64,000 nt of DNA, taken from positions 62,001-126,000 of the IMG/VR virus record IMGVR_UViG_3300046542_000291; one strand, 5' to 3'. Below the pieces are notes generated by a model. That model ran no database searches. It was given only the letters and a program-made list of their open reading frames with translations, and was not told where the DNA came from. This document shows positions 1 through 9,119 of this stretch, piece by piece. Made by a program: the position numbers and the translations under genes. Position 1 is the stretch's first letter; every line of letters begins with the position of its first letter.

Positions 1-107
1 GTTGGTGTAGAAAAGGTACTTACGTGTTTGGCTATCCGATGAACCGTTGATCAGGTGGAACACGGTCAACAATCCAATGAACCCCCAAACCGAAAACAGT
101 TGATCAA

Positions 108-416
108 TCACTGCGGGCATTGAGCCTCCCAGACATCTTTCGGAAACCACAGAGTTGCGTAGTTCAGACCGATGGTCATGTGATGCCATCCCGCTTTCTG
201 GAAGCGATCACACACGAGTTCACGCAAGCCTTCATCAGGTACCATGCCTTCGGTCAGCGGGATGTGGATGGAACGCCACTCCCCTTCACGCATGATTCCA
301 GGATAGGCTTCGAGGTGGGTGTTAATGTAAGCAACCACTGCATCGAGGTTGTCGAGCTTGTTGCGTTTCAAGAAGTCCAGAGTGGACATCGGTTGGGTAT
401 GTGAATGATCAGCCAC
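108..416 (-). CDS. hypothetical protein, 'xGW' paralog family
   Basis: ORF in minus-strand gene train; LVCDRFQKAGWHHMTI resembles 409..681, 23650..23973 and the N-terminus of 16804..17343. Confidence 0.75.
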   Translation of the reverse strand: MADHSHTQPMSTLDFLKRNKLDNLDAVVAYINTHLEAYPGIMREGEWRSIHIPLTEGMVPDEGLRELVCDRFQKAGWHHMTIGLNYATLWFPKDVWEAQCPQ

Positions 417-681
417 GGAGCCTCGTTGGAATCATGAACATGATTCGGTCAAAGAATTTGAAGGAGATGTTCTTCCAACCGCGAGGCTCGTAGAGCTCGT
501 CGATCAGAGGTTGCATCCAGTCTTCCGTGCTAACATCAACACGGATGTGTTTGCCATAGCCGTTGCATGGATCGTCAACTATACGACCTCTCTTTAAAGC
601 TTCCTCGATCTTTTCGAGTACGGCCTTAAAGTCAGGGTCATTCATCACGACCTCTTGAGCACTGGTGCGTTCTATTTGCAT
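409..681 (-). CDS. hypothetical protein, 'xGW' paralog family
   Basis: ORF overlapping neighbours; ELYEPRGWKNISF motif. Confidence 0.75.
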   Translation of the reverse strand: MQIERTSAQEVVMNDPDFKAVLEKIEEALKRGRIVDDPCNGYGKHIRVDVSTEDWMQPLIDELYEPRGWKNISFKFFDRIMFMIPTRLRG

Positions 682-917
682 ATTTGATCCTTGAAGCGGA
701 AGAGGTGTTTAGCCCCCACGCCGAAGGCAACACATAGGACCAGGCACAGCACTGCCCACCATGGGGACTGGTCATTCATGCTACTGAACATCGAGCCGAA
801 GCTTATACCCGATGCCAGCGCCAGTAGGATGAAAACCAGCCAGAAGAACACTTCGCGGAGGTACATCCAGATTACTTGTTTGACGGTAACTTCACGGGCC
901 ATATTTACGTCTGCCAT
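672..917 (-). CDS. small membrane protein (2 TM)
   Basis: two hydrophobic segments. Confidence 0.7.
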   Translation of the reverse strand: MADVNMAREVTVKQVIWMYLREVFFWLVFILLALASGISFGSMFSSMNDQSPWWAVLCLVLCVAFGVGAKHLFRFKDQICK

Positions 918-1390
918 ATTGGAGGTTGAAGATGAGTGAACAGGCTCAGCATGTTATCAAGGGTGGCATGGTCCATTTGGTACAGTAGTTTGGCGATACG
1001 AACACCAACGTCCCAGTTCTTTTCAACGATCGTGATTCGCTGATCACCGTCAGAGAGCACAAAACAAAAATTGAACTCTCCGTTCGAAGGTACCATCATG
1101 TGTTTTGCTGTGACGTAACTACCCTGACGGTAGAACTCATCCAACTGGATAAGTGCAGTCATGTCACCAAACACACGCATCAGGTCACCAATAATCGTAT
1201 TGAGTTCGATAAAACGACTGAGTTGGTGATGCCGTGGAGAATGCGTTTCGATGAACTGCTTACGGGTATCGCCATCCAGAACCATCAACTCATTCTGAAA
1301 AGCCTCCGCTTCCTGGGTAAGGTTGTAGACAACGCCATAGACTGCGTGGTACTCATTACCGTCAATACCAACATGATCATCATTCCACAT
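905..1390 (-). CDS. hypothetical protein
   Basis: ORF with AGGTG RBS downstream of terminator. Confidence 0.75.
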   Translation of the reverse strand: MWNDDHVGIDGNEYHAVYGVVYNLTQEAEAFQNELMVLDGDTRKQFIETHSPRHHQLSRFIELNTIIGDLMRVFGDMTALIQLDEFYRQGSYVTAKHMMVPSNGEFNFCFVLSDGDQRITIVEKNWDVGVRIAKLLYQMDHATLDNMLSLFTHLQPPIWQT

Positions 1391-1427
1391 AGATCACCTA
1401 TTTGCCAAAATTAAAGTGGGACATAAT

Positions 1428-1445
1428 GCCTCCCCGAAGGGAGGC
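1428..1445 (-). terminator. GC-rich cUUCGg hairpin terminator (repeat family)
   Basis: GCCTCCC-TTCG-GGGAGGC on minus strand. Confidence 0.8.
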
Positions 1446-1599
1446 AAGAAGCGGACCTAGCAACCTAGGACCAGGGGAAGGTCGATTACAATCCCCAAAG
1501 TGTACGGACTCGAACCGCACGTGTCACACGCTACATTGTTAAAGAGCATCGTAAAGGAGCAGAGGTAACCAGGAACCAATAGCTCTATATAATTACACA
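1446..1599 (-). ncRNA. putative structured non-coding RNA with boxA and T-loop hairpin
   Basis: no credible ORF; minus strand has TGCTCTTTAACA (1537-1548), GTGCGG-TTCGAGT-CCGTAC (1502-1520), further hairpins, then a terminator. Confidence 0.45.
1537..1548 (-). promoter_or_regulatory. boxA antitermination element (rrn-type)
   Basis: 12/12 match to rrn boxA consensus TGCTCTTTAACA in an intergenic region, in the transcribed orientation. Confidence 0.6.
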
Positions 1600-2022
1600 C
1601 TAAACGATTGGATCATGGCCAACGGGTTCAACCGTGGTCCATGCCAGATCAGTCGGTGTAATGAGTGCCTCACCCAAACGGATGAGAGACTCTGTTCGTA
1701 GGTATTGATGATTCACGATATTGAACCGACCACCCACCGCATGTTCATATTGCTTGAACAAACGATTGATAGCCAGATCCCGATCCGATTGGACCTCGTC
1801 GTCTTTCCGAGGAAGCGGCCGTTCATCTTCAGGCCACAGTACAATAAAGCGGTAGTTGTCTACACCGTATTCCACGTGGTATGAATATTGATGCACGTTG
1901 AAATGTTCGCACTCCAGTTCGGTGTACGATTCGATAGTTGTCGTTGACTCACCAGTTAAAGCATTAAACGAGGCAAGCCTACGTCCCTTGGTTGTATCTA
2001 CGATAACCAGGCTGGCCGACAT
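1600..2022 (-). CDS. hypothetical protein
   Basis: TAATG coupling with upstream gene. Confidence 0.75.
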   Translation of the reverse strand: MSASLVIVDTTKGRRLASFNALTGESTTTIESYTELECEHFNVHQYSYHVEYGVDNYRFIVLWPEDERPLPRKDDEVQSDRDLAINRLFKQYEHAVGGRFNIVNHQYLRTESLIRLGEALITPTDLAWTTVEPVGHDPIV

Positions 2023-2678
2023 TACGCGGCCACTGCTTGGCGGTTGTGCTTGTTGCGGGTACGGATCACTTCACGGGTCAGTTGAATCTGCACTTCTTCC
2101 GAGAAGATCTCCGGGAATGCCCGACTCAACGCCACCGCAGCCATTTCTTCAGCTTGCTGGATGTCGATGTAGTTCGTCAGGATGATCCCGCGGTGATAGA
2201 TGAAACAGTGGTGCCAGCTACCGTTCAGGTACAGGTCACCTTCGAAACCACCATAGGTGAGGGTTTCGTCGTTAGGACCGTCGCGGTACACATCCAGCTG
2301 TACGTTGCGATCCATGTGCATTTGCAGCAGGTCATTGCCCGTACCACCGAAGATGGTCGGACGCTTACGGCCGGTTACCACGTCCTGGATGGAATCCATC
2401 AGGCGAGGCAGTTCAGAAACCAGCTCCTGGAGATCACAAGCTTTGCTCATGGCATCCATGAATCGTTTGGCCAGGAAGTCGTACTCCGGGCCAGTCCACT
2501 GCCGTTGTTCGGCAGCGATGATGTGTACGCCGAACCAAGCATAGCCGTTGGCATGCTTTGCCTTCACACAGAGGTGAGGGATGTTGTCTTCACCCGACTG
2601 ATGATTCGTGGTGTAGTTTTCGATGCGTTTGATGACCAGGGTAATCAAACCCTTTTCGTCGATAATTTGAGTAGACAT
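2022..2678 (-). CDS. hypothetical protein (C-terminal -AVAA)
   Basis: 218-aa ORF, AGGA RBS; weakly similar to 33481..34194. Confidence 0.8.
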   Translation of the reverse strand: MSTQIIDEKGLITLVIKRIENYTTNHQSGEDNIPHLCVKAKHANGYAWFGVHIIAAEQRQWTGPEYDFLAKRFMDAMSKACDLQELVSELPRLMDSIQDVVTGRKRPTIFGGTGNDLLQMHMDRNVQLDVYRDGPNDETLTYGGFEGDLYLNGSWHHCFIYHRGIILTNYIDIQQAEEMAAVALSRAFPEIFSEEVQIQLTREVIRTRNKHNRQAVAA

Positions 2679-2772
2679 GGGTGGTTCCTTTTGAACTTAG
2701 AATCTCTGGGTGGAGTTGAGGCCTCTTTTATCTCAACAAATAATAATCGTACGTAGTTCTTTAAAAGGAAAC

Positions 2773-3441
2773 TCAGTCGCGATTGAGACAGTTGCCGAAC
2801 TTTTGTTCTGCTTGGTATTGAATCTTCTTGGTGATGCTGTCCAACGTACTATCGAAGTTGCACACGAAGTCAATGGTGAAGTTGATCCCTTTGAGGATGT
2901 CTTCGCTATTGTCCGTGATGAACTGCGCCAGCTTCTTGTTGGAATGACCTGTATCAGTTGCTGCGTCTTCCTGCATCCGGGTAAGTAAACGTTGGATTAC
3001 AGTTGAGTCAGCCAGATCGGCAATCCGGGTAGTGGTCAGGAAGTAATCGTTGGTGCCCTTATGACGGACAACAAACAAACGACCAGCCCCTTTACTCGAA
3101 TATTCTTTACGATCTAACAGAAGACTTTCATCGATCAGGTCCCCTTCCAGCTCTGCAGCCGAGAAACGATGTGGTTGAGTAAGCATCCACAGTTCCAGCT
3201 CAGCGCCGCGTTCAATATGTTTAGCCAGCTCCCCGCCAAACTGTTTTGGATGACGCCCCATCACCCGACGAATAACGGTGGTCCAATTGTTCGTTTCCGA
3301 CAACCACACATCGCCAGTGTCCTTGACCACGATAGCGTAGAAGCCACCGGGGATCTTGGTCTTTGGTGCGGTGGTCTGGCCGGTCCAGTTAGCCATGTAA
3401 CGCTTCAACACACCACGTGCAGTGTTATAACGGTTGAACAT
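2773..3441 (-). CDS. protein with two degenerate GIY-YIG-like repeats
   Basis: GGFYAIVVKDTGDVWLSET and GRLFVVRHKGTNDYFLTTT follow the GIY-x-YIG spacing but lack the YIG glycine; directly downstream of an early promoter. Confidence 0.55.
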   Translation of the reverse strand: MFNRYNTARGVLKRYMANWTGQTTAPKTKIPGGFYAIVVKDTGDVWLSETNNWTTVIRRVMGRHPKQFGGELAKHIERGAELELWMLTQPHRFSAAELEGDLIDESLLLDRKEYSSKGAGRLFVVRHKGTNDYFLTTTRIADLADSTVIQRLLTRMQEDAATDTGHSNKKLAQFITDNSEDILKGINFTIDFVCNFDSTLDSITKKIQYQAEQKFGNCLNRD

Positions 3442-3507
3442 GTAATACTCCTAGTTCCTATTGTTCTATTGAATGGTGTAGCTGAGTCTTTCTTTATTTA
3501 CACGATT

Positions 3508-3516
3508 GTAATATAG
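3508..3516 (-). promoter_or_regulatory. phiKZ-type early promoter (CTATATTAC)
   Basis: matches phiKZ virion-RNAP consensus TATATTAC; recurs before genes. Confidence 0.8.
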
Positions 3517-3538
3517 CTTTTAAATCACGTCCAATAAG

Positions 3539-3556
3539 GCCTCCCCGAAGGGAGGC
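3539..3556 (-). terminator. cUUCGg hairpin terminator
   Basis: GCCTCCCTTCGGGGAGGC. Confidence 0.8.
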
Positions 3557-3563
3557 GCTTATG

Positions 3564-3821
3564 TCAGTTCTCCTGGCTAGAATCGATCAGGGGTACACAG
3601 TCCAGCTTGTAGTCGTCGTTAAACCCAGGGATCTCGTCTTCTACGAGCCAGCGCTTATCACTGATCCGCTTAACCGAGGGTTCCTTCAGAGTCGAGATGA
3701 AAGCATCACGCACAGCGTAACACTTATCCATCGACGACACTACCTGTACGGTACGGGAACCGATTTCTGCATTACCCGACCCACCACTGAACACCATCAC
3801 GAACAACGCTTCAACTAACAT
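3564..3821 (-). CDS. small exported 2-Cys protein
   Basis: hydrophobic N-terminus, central Cys and C-terminal CVP; similar to 31586 and 35658. Confidence 0.7.
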   Translation of the reverse strand: MLVEALFVMVFSGGSGNAEIGSRTVQVVSSMDKCYAVRDAFISTLKEPSVKRISDKRWLVEDEIPGFNDDYKLDCVPLIDSSQEN

Positions 3822-4669
3822 GCTTTTTCCTTACGCTCATTGCGAGCAGCCAGATAGAGTTCAACCGCTTCGGCAAACTCTTTCCATTCCTGGACGTATG
3901 CTTCACCGAGGACTTGTGGCAAGACACGCCACAGTTCATCGTTAGATGGGAGACCTGCTTCGGCGCAGGAAATCTTCCAGCTGTTGCGAAGCTTACGCAG
4001 ACCGGACCCATAACGGGCTTTGTGCAAGATCACCGACCCGGACATTTCTGCCCCAGCTACCTTACCTAACTTCAAACCACCACCAGGGCCCAGCGAATGC
4101 CGAGAAGCATAGTTGATCAGATCACGGGTTAATGGACCCAGTTCATCAACGAGCTCTTCAAGGGTACGGGTACTGTCGTAGTGAATACCACCTGGGAAGT
4201 GACCCATCCAGAAAGGAAACATCTCTTTCAGATAGACCGCTTGCGCACGACGATGTTCACGGTGCTCTTCTTCACATTGTCGGGTGACGATTTCCTCGAA
4301 CTCTTTGGTCATGCCATTAAAGAATTGACCAGTGGCGTTCACGCTTTGCCACAGAATCGGCTTATACCGATCCGACAAAGCCACCCGGTCGATTACACGA
4401 CAGACTTCGATCATGTAAGCGGAATGAGGTTCTTCCCATTCTTCCAGAGTAGCCTGGTATTCTTCGAAGTTCTTTTTGATGGCCGGTTTGACGAAGTTGA
4501 TCAACGCCGGGAAGTCATGTGGATCTTGCGACCACTGTGCACCCAGCTTCATCATCTCCATGGGAATCAGATTCCCTTCGTTGGTGATGGTGTACGTCTT
4601 ATGGTCATCCGCTCGGCGAACACACCAAATGTAACCGAGCATCACACCGCGTTCTTTTTCAACTGCCAT
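3815..4669 (-). CDS. hypothetical protein, FPxW..PGG family
   Basis: EMFPFWMGHFPGG motif. Confidence 0.8.
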   Translation of the reverse strand: MAVEKERGVMLGYIWCVRRADDHKTYTITNEGNLIPMEMMKLGAQWSQDPHDFPALINFVKPAIKKNFEEYQATLEEWEEPHSAYMIEVCRVIDRVALSDRYKPILWQSVNATGQFFNGMTKEFEEIVTRQCEEEHREHRRAQAVYLKEMFPFWMGHFPGGIHYDSTRTLEELVDELGPLTRDLINYASRHSLGPGGGLKLGKVAGAEMSGSVILHKARYGSGLRKLRNSWKISCAEAGLPSNDELWRVLPQVLGEAYVQEWKEFAEAVELYLAARNERKEKAC

Positions 4670-4678
4670 GAGTCATCC

Positions 4679-5197
4679 TTACTTGAAAGAGTGACGAACC
4701 GTTTTATCCCCATGCTCACGCACCAGCTTAACTGGATCAATGTGAATAGGTGCCCGGGTGAAGGTGAGGTTCTTACCGACGAGGAACTTCTTGAGGTCAA
4801 TGCGTTCAACGGTAATGTTGCGCACGGTCTCCTGAGTCTTCCATTCGGTTTCGATGTTGTTGTGAGGGTTCATGACCTTAACCCAGCCATCATCCCCACG
4901 GAATGGGAAGGTGTACAGGTAGATGGTCATGTCGAAGAACGCCGACAAGTCGATAGGCTTCCGGCAGTAGATGTAGATGTCGTCGCCAATGGTCGCGTAA
5001 CGCTCACTGTCGAATGCTTTCTCCGTACCGCTACCGATGCCGAGACGAATGGCTTCTTCACGCTCAGAAGTCGCATAGAGCCACTGATTGGATTCGGTAA
5101 CGTCCCACTGAACCAACTTCTTGGTGTGATTGAACCCAGGTTGGATCTCGTTTTGCTTAAACAGAGATCCGTGATACAGCGTTGTTGGTTGTTCCAT
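4679..5197 (-). CDS. putative ADP-ribosyltransferase-fold protein (Arr-like)
   Basis: TLYHGS...LYAT...YLY...EWKT arrangement resembles the H-Y-E/D ART core. Confidence 0.5.
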   Translation of the reverse strand: MEQPTTLYHGSLFKQNEIQPGFNHTKKLVQWDVTESNQWLYATSEREEAIRLGIGSGTEKAFDSERYATIGDDIYIYCRKPIDLSAFFDMTIYLYTFPFRGDDGWVKVMNPHNNIETEWKTQETVRNITVERIDLKKFLVGKNLTFTRAPIHIDPVKLVREHGDKTVRHSFK

Positions 5198-5447
5198 GTT
5201 GGTTTTCCACGAAGAAGAAGTCAGGGTGTTCGACCGAAGCAGCCCACCGGCGAATGGTTTTGGTGCTGATGTTTACAGCTGCCGCTGCCCGAGTGAGGTT
5301 CGGATAAACCACACCACGGATAGAAACGTGTTTCCGGATGGTTGCTTCACGAAGCAGAGAGGCAGCACGAATGTTCGCGATCTGTTCTTTGGTACGGACC
5401 TGACCTTCGTTCGGGTGTTCTTTCGGAAAGCTGTAGTGCGTGTTCAA
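5157..5447 (-). CDS. NUMOD-type DNA-binding protein (homing endonuclease C-terminal module only)
   Basis: RTKEQIANIRAA (NUMOD3-like) plus VSIRGVVYPNLTRAAAAVNISTKTIRRW (NUMOD1-like HTH). Confidence 0.6.
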   Translation of the reverse strand: MNTHYSFPKEHPNEGQVRTKEQIANIRAASLLREATIRKHVSIRGVVYPNLTRAAAAVNISTKTIRRWAASVEHPDFFFVENQHGTTNNAVSRISV

Positions 5448-5890
5448 ATCCCTGTTTCCTTGTCACGGTGTGCTTTAATCAATGGCAAAACTTGCTCATT
5501 GAGTGAAGGGTTGTAACTCCAGTCCTTTCCTGTCAAAGGCTGCTTGTCAAACAGTACCCGCTCTAAGCGGTTGAACTGATCGCAATAAGCTTCCAGGTTA
5601 TGGACCATGTGGGTTTCATTCATGAAGTATTCGATCACTTGATAAGCAGTCCAATACTCCATCGAAGGGACCTGGTTGTCGTGGTCAAAGTTCAACCCCG
5701 CTTCCTCAGCCGCCCGCATCATTGTTTGCGTACGCCGAACCAGCAGATCGATTTGCATCGGTTCCACTGGATAGGCCAAGAACCGACCACCTGGCATCCA
5801 ATGGAGCCAATTCAGGAAGGTGCTATAGAAGTACGTGTGTTGATTGCGCTTCTGTGCTTCCGCCTTCTTCTGTTCCTTAGACTTTGCCAC
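5444..5890 (-). CDS. hypothetical protein, FPxW..PGG family
   Basis: TFLNWLHWMPGG...AAEEAGL. Confidence 0.8.
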   Translation of the reverse strand: MAKSKEQKKAEAQKRNQHTYFYSTFLNWLHWMPGGRFLAYPVEPMQIDLLVRRTQTMMRAAEEAGLNFDHDNQVPSMEYWTAYQVIEYFMNETHMVHNLEAYCDQFNRLERVLFDKQPLTGKDWSYNPSLNEQVLPLIKAHRDKETGI

Positions 5891-6530
5891 CGCGATTCTC
5901 CTTGGCGTCTGCGTAGTACTTGGCTTTGGACCCGGTACCTACCACGCGATAATGATCGCGGATAGGCTCGATCCCTTCCGACACACCAGACATGGGGCGT
6001 GGGATGTGTTCAGATGGATGGGGCATACGGGCGGTGATCTGAGAGAACTTCATCTCACCCATTTCCGCCCGAAGTTTATCCCAGTCGTAGATGACCGAAG
6101 CGTTCGCCAAAGCTGGGCTGTCACTGTAGACATCAACCAACTCCTGAGTGTAAGAACTCAGAAGAACGGTTGGACGTTTATCAATGATACCCTGACGGTA
6201 ACACTCGTTCTCGAAATGGTTGATCAACACCATCCGACGGATAGGGCTGGTGATCTTCGATGGAAACGTACCCACCCCGCGAGAACGCAGCCGATCGAGA
6301 TCGTCTTCAGGCCAAGGTTGACCAGTGATACTCACCTGGGCTTCAATGGCGGCTTGAGCCAACTGTGCGGACAACTCAATGAAAGCTTCACTGAGAATAT
6401 CCCCTTGCTCATACGACAGCAGTGCCCACTGCGGGAACAGGTCAGTCATATAAGCTTTGCGCTTCGCGTTAATATCCCCATCGCGTTTGCGCACTGCTAC
6501 TGTAATGGTCGGCTTCAACTTCTTTTTCAT
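5877..6530 (-). CDS. hypothetical protein, FPxW family
   Basis: TDLFPQWALL...AAIEAQV. Confidence 0.8.
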   Translation of the reverse strand: MKKKLKPTITVAVRKRDGDINAKRKAYMTDLFPQWALLSYEQGDILSEAFIELSAQLAQAAIEAQVSITGQPWPEDDLDRLRSRGVGTFPSKITSPIRRMVLINHFENECYRQGIIDKRPTVLLSSYTQELVDVYSDSPALANASVIYDWDKLRAEMGEMKFSQITARMPHPSEHIPRPMSGVSEGIEPIRDHYRVVGTGSKAKYYADAKENRGGKV

Positions 6531-6556
6531 GATTGCATCCAGCTTGTTATTAGTGG

Positions 6557-7000
6557 TTATTCTACAGCGGCATCCAGTTCTTCCAGATAAGGAAGCATAT
6601 CGGTCAGAACAGCACGGAACTCAATCCACTTTTTCTTACCGAACTGATCCGGTACTTCAGGTTGCCATGGAAAGAAGGCATGGAACATCTTGTTATTCGC
6701 CATGACCTCTTTCCAGTGCTTCCGGTCGTTCCGCATCTTGCCTGAGTTCAGGTAACGCGCCATCACCTTGGTAGGGGTGGTCAGTCGACGCCCACGCAGG
6801 CGATCGAGCAACAAGCTGTTACCGGCAACACGGCAGTTGAGCAGCATCATCGCCGCTACCAGTTCCTTGGTCTTGGTGTGTACCACCAGAACACGCTCAC
6901 GCATTGGAATGGTTTCGTCGTAATCGTTACCACCTGGAAACAAAGCCATCCAGTCCGGGAACAACTTAGTGATGTACTCGTGATGGGTTACTTCAGACAT
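6557..7000 (-). CDS. hypothetical protein, FPxW..PGG family
   Basis: TKLFPDWMALFPGG. Confidence 0.8.
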   Translation of the reverse strand: MSEVTHHEYITKLFPDWMALFPGGNDYDETIPMRERVLVVHTKTKELVAAMMLLNCRVAGNSLLLDRLRGRRLTTPTKVMARYLNSGKMRNDRKHWKEVMANNKMFHAFFPWQPEVPDQFGKKKWIEFRAVLTDMLPYLEELDAAVE

Positions 7001-7250
7001 CCGTTGCTTCCTTTTGCGAATTTTGGTATTTACTGCGGCCCATCATGGCGTCCACGAATTCCCGAGGACAGATAGGTACAATGGCGTTGTGCTCGACTCG
7101 AATGATATCGTCATGACGATTACCTTTCTTATCGAAGTAAGCGTAGATGGTCAGCAGGTATTGATTGCCTAACCGATCAACATCGAAAGCTTTGTAAGTC
7201 TCGATGTGTTTGTTAGTGGGAGCCTTGAACCAAGGCGCGTACTTAGCCAT
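6993..7250 (-). CDS. hypothetical protein
   Basis: ORF in gene train. Confidence 0.7.
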   Translation of the reverse strand: MAKYAPWFKAPTNKHIETYKAFDVDRLGNQYLLTIYAYFDKKGNRHDDIIRVEHNAIVPICPREFVDAMMGRSKYQNSQKEATDV

Positions 7251-7590
7251 TGGCTTGATCCGGCGTGTAACATGGAGGGCAATGCTTTACCCATTCCTGT
7301 TTTTCCCACGTGTCGATCGCCATCTGCCGCATACCCGGTAGACTGAGAAGGGCCACAGCCTCGTTTACACTAAGCGCGCGCTCACCCCGGATCATGGTGC
7401 CACTGATATTCAAGCCAAGTCGGCTTGCCTCAGTTGCCAACTCAAGGGTGTACTGCATGTAATCCGGGTGGTCCATACCGACATGGGACCACTCCACGAA
7501 CAACCCACACCGGTATTTCCAGAAATATTCGTAATCCATGGAGCACCTATTTAAAAATGTAAAGGGTGGTTGCCAGTAGGGCACAGCCAA
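7243..7590 (-). CDS. hypothetical protein, divergent FPxW family member
   Basis: GLFVEWSH...EASRLGL; true start may be the downstream MDYEY. Confidence 0.7.
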   Translation of the reverse strand: MAVPYWQPPFTFLNRCSMDYEYFWKYRCGLFVEWSHVGMDHPDYMQYTLELATEASRLGLNISGTMIRGERALSVNEAVALLSLPGMRQMAIDTWEKQEWVKHCPPCYTPDQANG

Positions 7591-7966
7591 TTACTGTGCC
7601 AAGCATTTTATTCATCTGCCGGATAGAGGCTCGACCATGGTCGATAAAGATGCAGAAGAGCAGATACCCCAGCGTCAAAGTGCCAAAGGTGGCTGACCCA
7701 ACAAAGCTAAGTGCCGCAATAGCTTCGAGGTTATCGCGACCAAAGGTGGCGAGGTAGGTGATGATTACACCGATGCAGCAAACGATAGCTGCCCACCACC
7801 AACGATAGCCGTTCTTCACGGCTTTCTTGTTCTCGGGGTCCCAGAGCAAATAAGCCCCGATGACCAAGAAGAAGATGCCGAATAGGGAGAAGCTGGTGAT
7901 CAGTGCTTCCGGTATGGTGATCGGGTCGTATGCTGGGCGGTCACGCATGAGGATCATTACGCTCAT
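7547..7966 (-). CDS. membrane protein (about 4 TM)
   Basis: four hydrophobic segments; ATGA coupling. Confidence 0.75.
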   Translation of the reverse strand: MSVMILMRDRPAYDPITIPEALITSFSLFGIFFLVIGAYLLWDPENKKAVKNGYRWWWAAIVCCIGVIITYLATFGRDNLEAIAALSFVGSATFGTLTLGYLLFCIFIDHGRASIRQMNKMLGTVIGCALLATTLYIFK

Positions 7967-8292
7967 GATTCCACCACAACCAGTGGGTGATAGTCAGGTG
8001 AAGTTTCCCACAGGCGAACAACCCCAGTGAGTTTCTCCGCGATAACATCGGCCACGAAGCCATCACGGTTTTCGTACTTTACGAATTCCGCCAGTTTCTC
8101 TTTCGGAATTTCTTTGGCTTTATCCAACTGAAAGCCATCGGCGTTGTAGTCTTCTACAATCACCAAGTTACCCGATGCCAGAACACTCAGTACAACGAGG
8201 TATGGAACCGAAAAGAGTTCGTGCCAATAGTCACCTGGTTTTGGATCTTCCAGGTGGAGGCGATTTAATGCTTCCTGGTCGGCGTAGTTCAT
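7963..8292 (-). CDS. hypothetical protein
   Basis: GAGGA RBS after terminator. Confidence 0.8.
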   Translation of the reverse strand: MNYADQEALNRLHLEDPKPGDYWHELFSVPYLVVLSVLASGNLVIVEDYNADGFQLDKAKEIPKEKLAEFVKYENRDGFVADVIAEKLTGVVRLWETSPDYHPLVVVES

Positions 8293-8316
8293 AGATTCCT
8301 CTTTGCGTTATAAGGA

Positions 8317-8332
8317 CCGCCCCGAAGGGCGG
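8317..8332 (-). terminator. cUUCGg hairpin terminator
   Basis: CCGCCCTTCGGGGCGG. Confidence 0.7.
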
Positions 8333-8340
8333 CCAGGTTG

Positions 8341-8628
8341 TTAACCTTCGAAGTCAAATGACATTCGAAGTTCTTCGGCCCCACGGGGCATGTTCCACAG
8401 AACGAGAGCGTACTGACCTGCAGGCTTTTCCAGCTTGCGGAGCAGTTTGTACATCCACTCGGGTTCGTTCATGTAGGCATGTGCCGTGTACATGCAGAGA
8501 TCCCAGTCAGCACTGTGCCAGTGGTCGTTGGTTGGTTTCGGAGCCTTCCAGAGAAGGATCTTCGACGCCGTACCCTGACACAGTTGACCGATGACCTCGG
8601 TACCGTCATACAACCGGATGGAGTGCAC
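8341..8628 (-). CDS. hypothetical protein
   Basis: ORF in gene train (GTG start). Confidence 0.7.
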   Translation of the reverse strand: MHSIRLYDGTEVIGQLCQGTASKILLWKAPKPTNDHWHSADWDLCMYTAHAYMNEPEWMYKLLRKLEKPAGQYALVLWNMPRGAEELRMSFDFEG

Positions 8629-8630
8629 GT

Positions 8631-9107
8631 TTATGCGTCCTTCAGGAACTGAGACGAGAACGAACGGTCGGTTTCGTTGACCCAGTGTGGGTCCATCGTT
8701 GCCGACAGCACCGGATCAACACGCAGGTTGAACAACAGTTGATCGATGACATTGCCTTTACGGTTGTGCACGTTCAGGTCACCATTGACGAACATGTACA
8801 CCATGGTCGGGGTGATCAGGAAGAAGTCACCGATGGTCATCATCGAGAAGTCTTTCAGATCGTCAACGCGCTGCAGCTCACGTTTGACCAGATCACGGTA
8901 GACCGCTTCTGCGTGGTGGTTACCCAGGACAGCCAGGCCAGTCAGCTTTTCACCGTTGAACTCGTAGTCAACCGGACGGTTCAGGTAGTTGTGCTCGGAA
9001 CACACGCTTTCTTGGAACAGATTCACACCAGTCGGACGAACCGACAGGATGTAGTTGTGGGCCGATGGGTTGAACACGTACAGTGCTTGGGTTTTCTCTT
9101 GAGGCAT
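8631..9107 (-). CDS. hypothetical protein
   Basis: GGAGAG RBS. Confidence 0.8.
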   Translation of the reverse strand: MPQEKTQALYVFNPSAHNYILSVRPTGVNLFQESVCSEHNYLNRPVDYEFNGEKLTGLAVLGNHHAEAVYRDLVKRELQRVDDLKDFSMMTIGDFFLITPTMVYMFVNGDLNVHNRKGNVIDQLLFNLRVDPVLSATMDPHWVNETDRSFSSQFLKDA

Positions 9108-9119
9108 TGAAGATCTCTC

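Noticed and set aside
1480-1570. Intact tRNA gene around GGTTCGAGTCC
   Set aside because: Only a T-arm forms; I could not pair an acceptor stem, D-arm or anticodon arm
1446-1599. RsmY/Z-like GGA sponge on the plus strand, or a 30-aa ORF (MLFNNVAC...) on the minus strand
   Set aside because: No plus-strand promoter or downstream terminator; the ORF lacks an RBS; boxA orientation favours a minus-strand RNA
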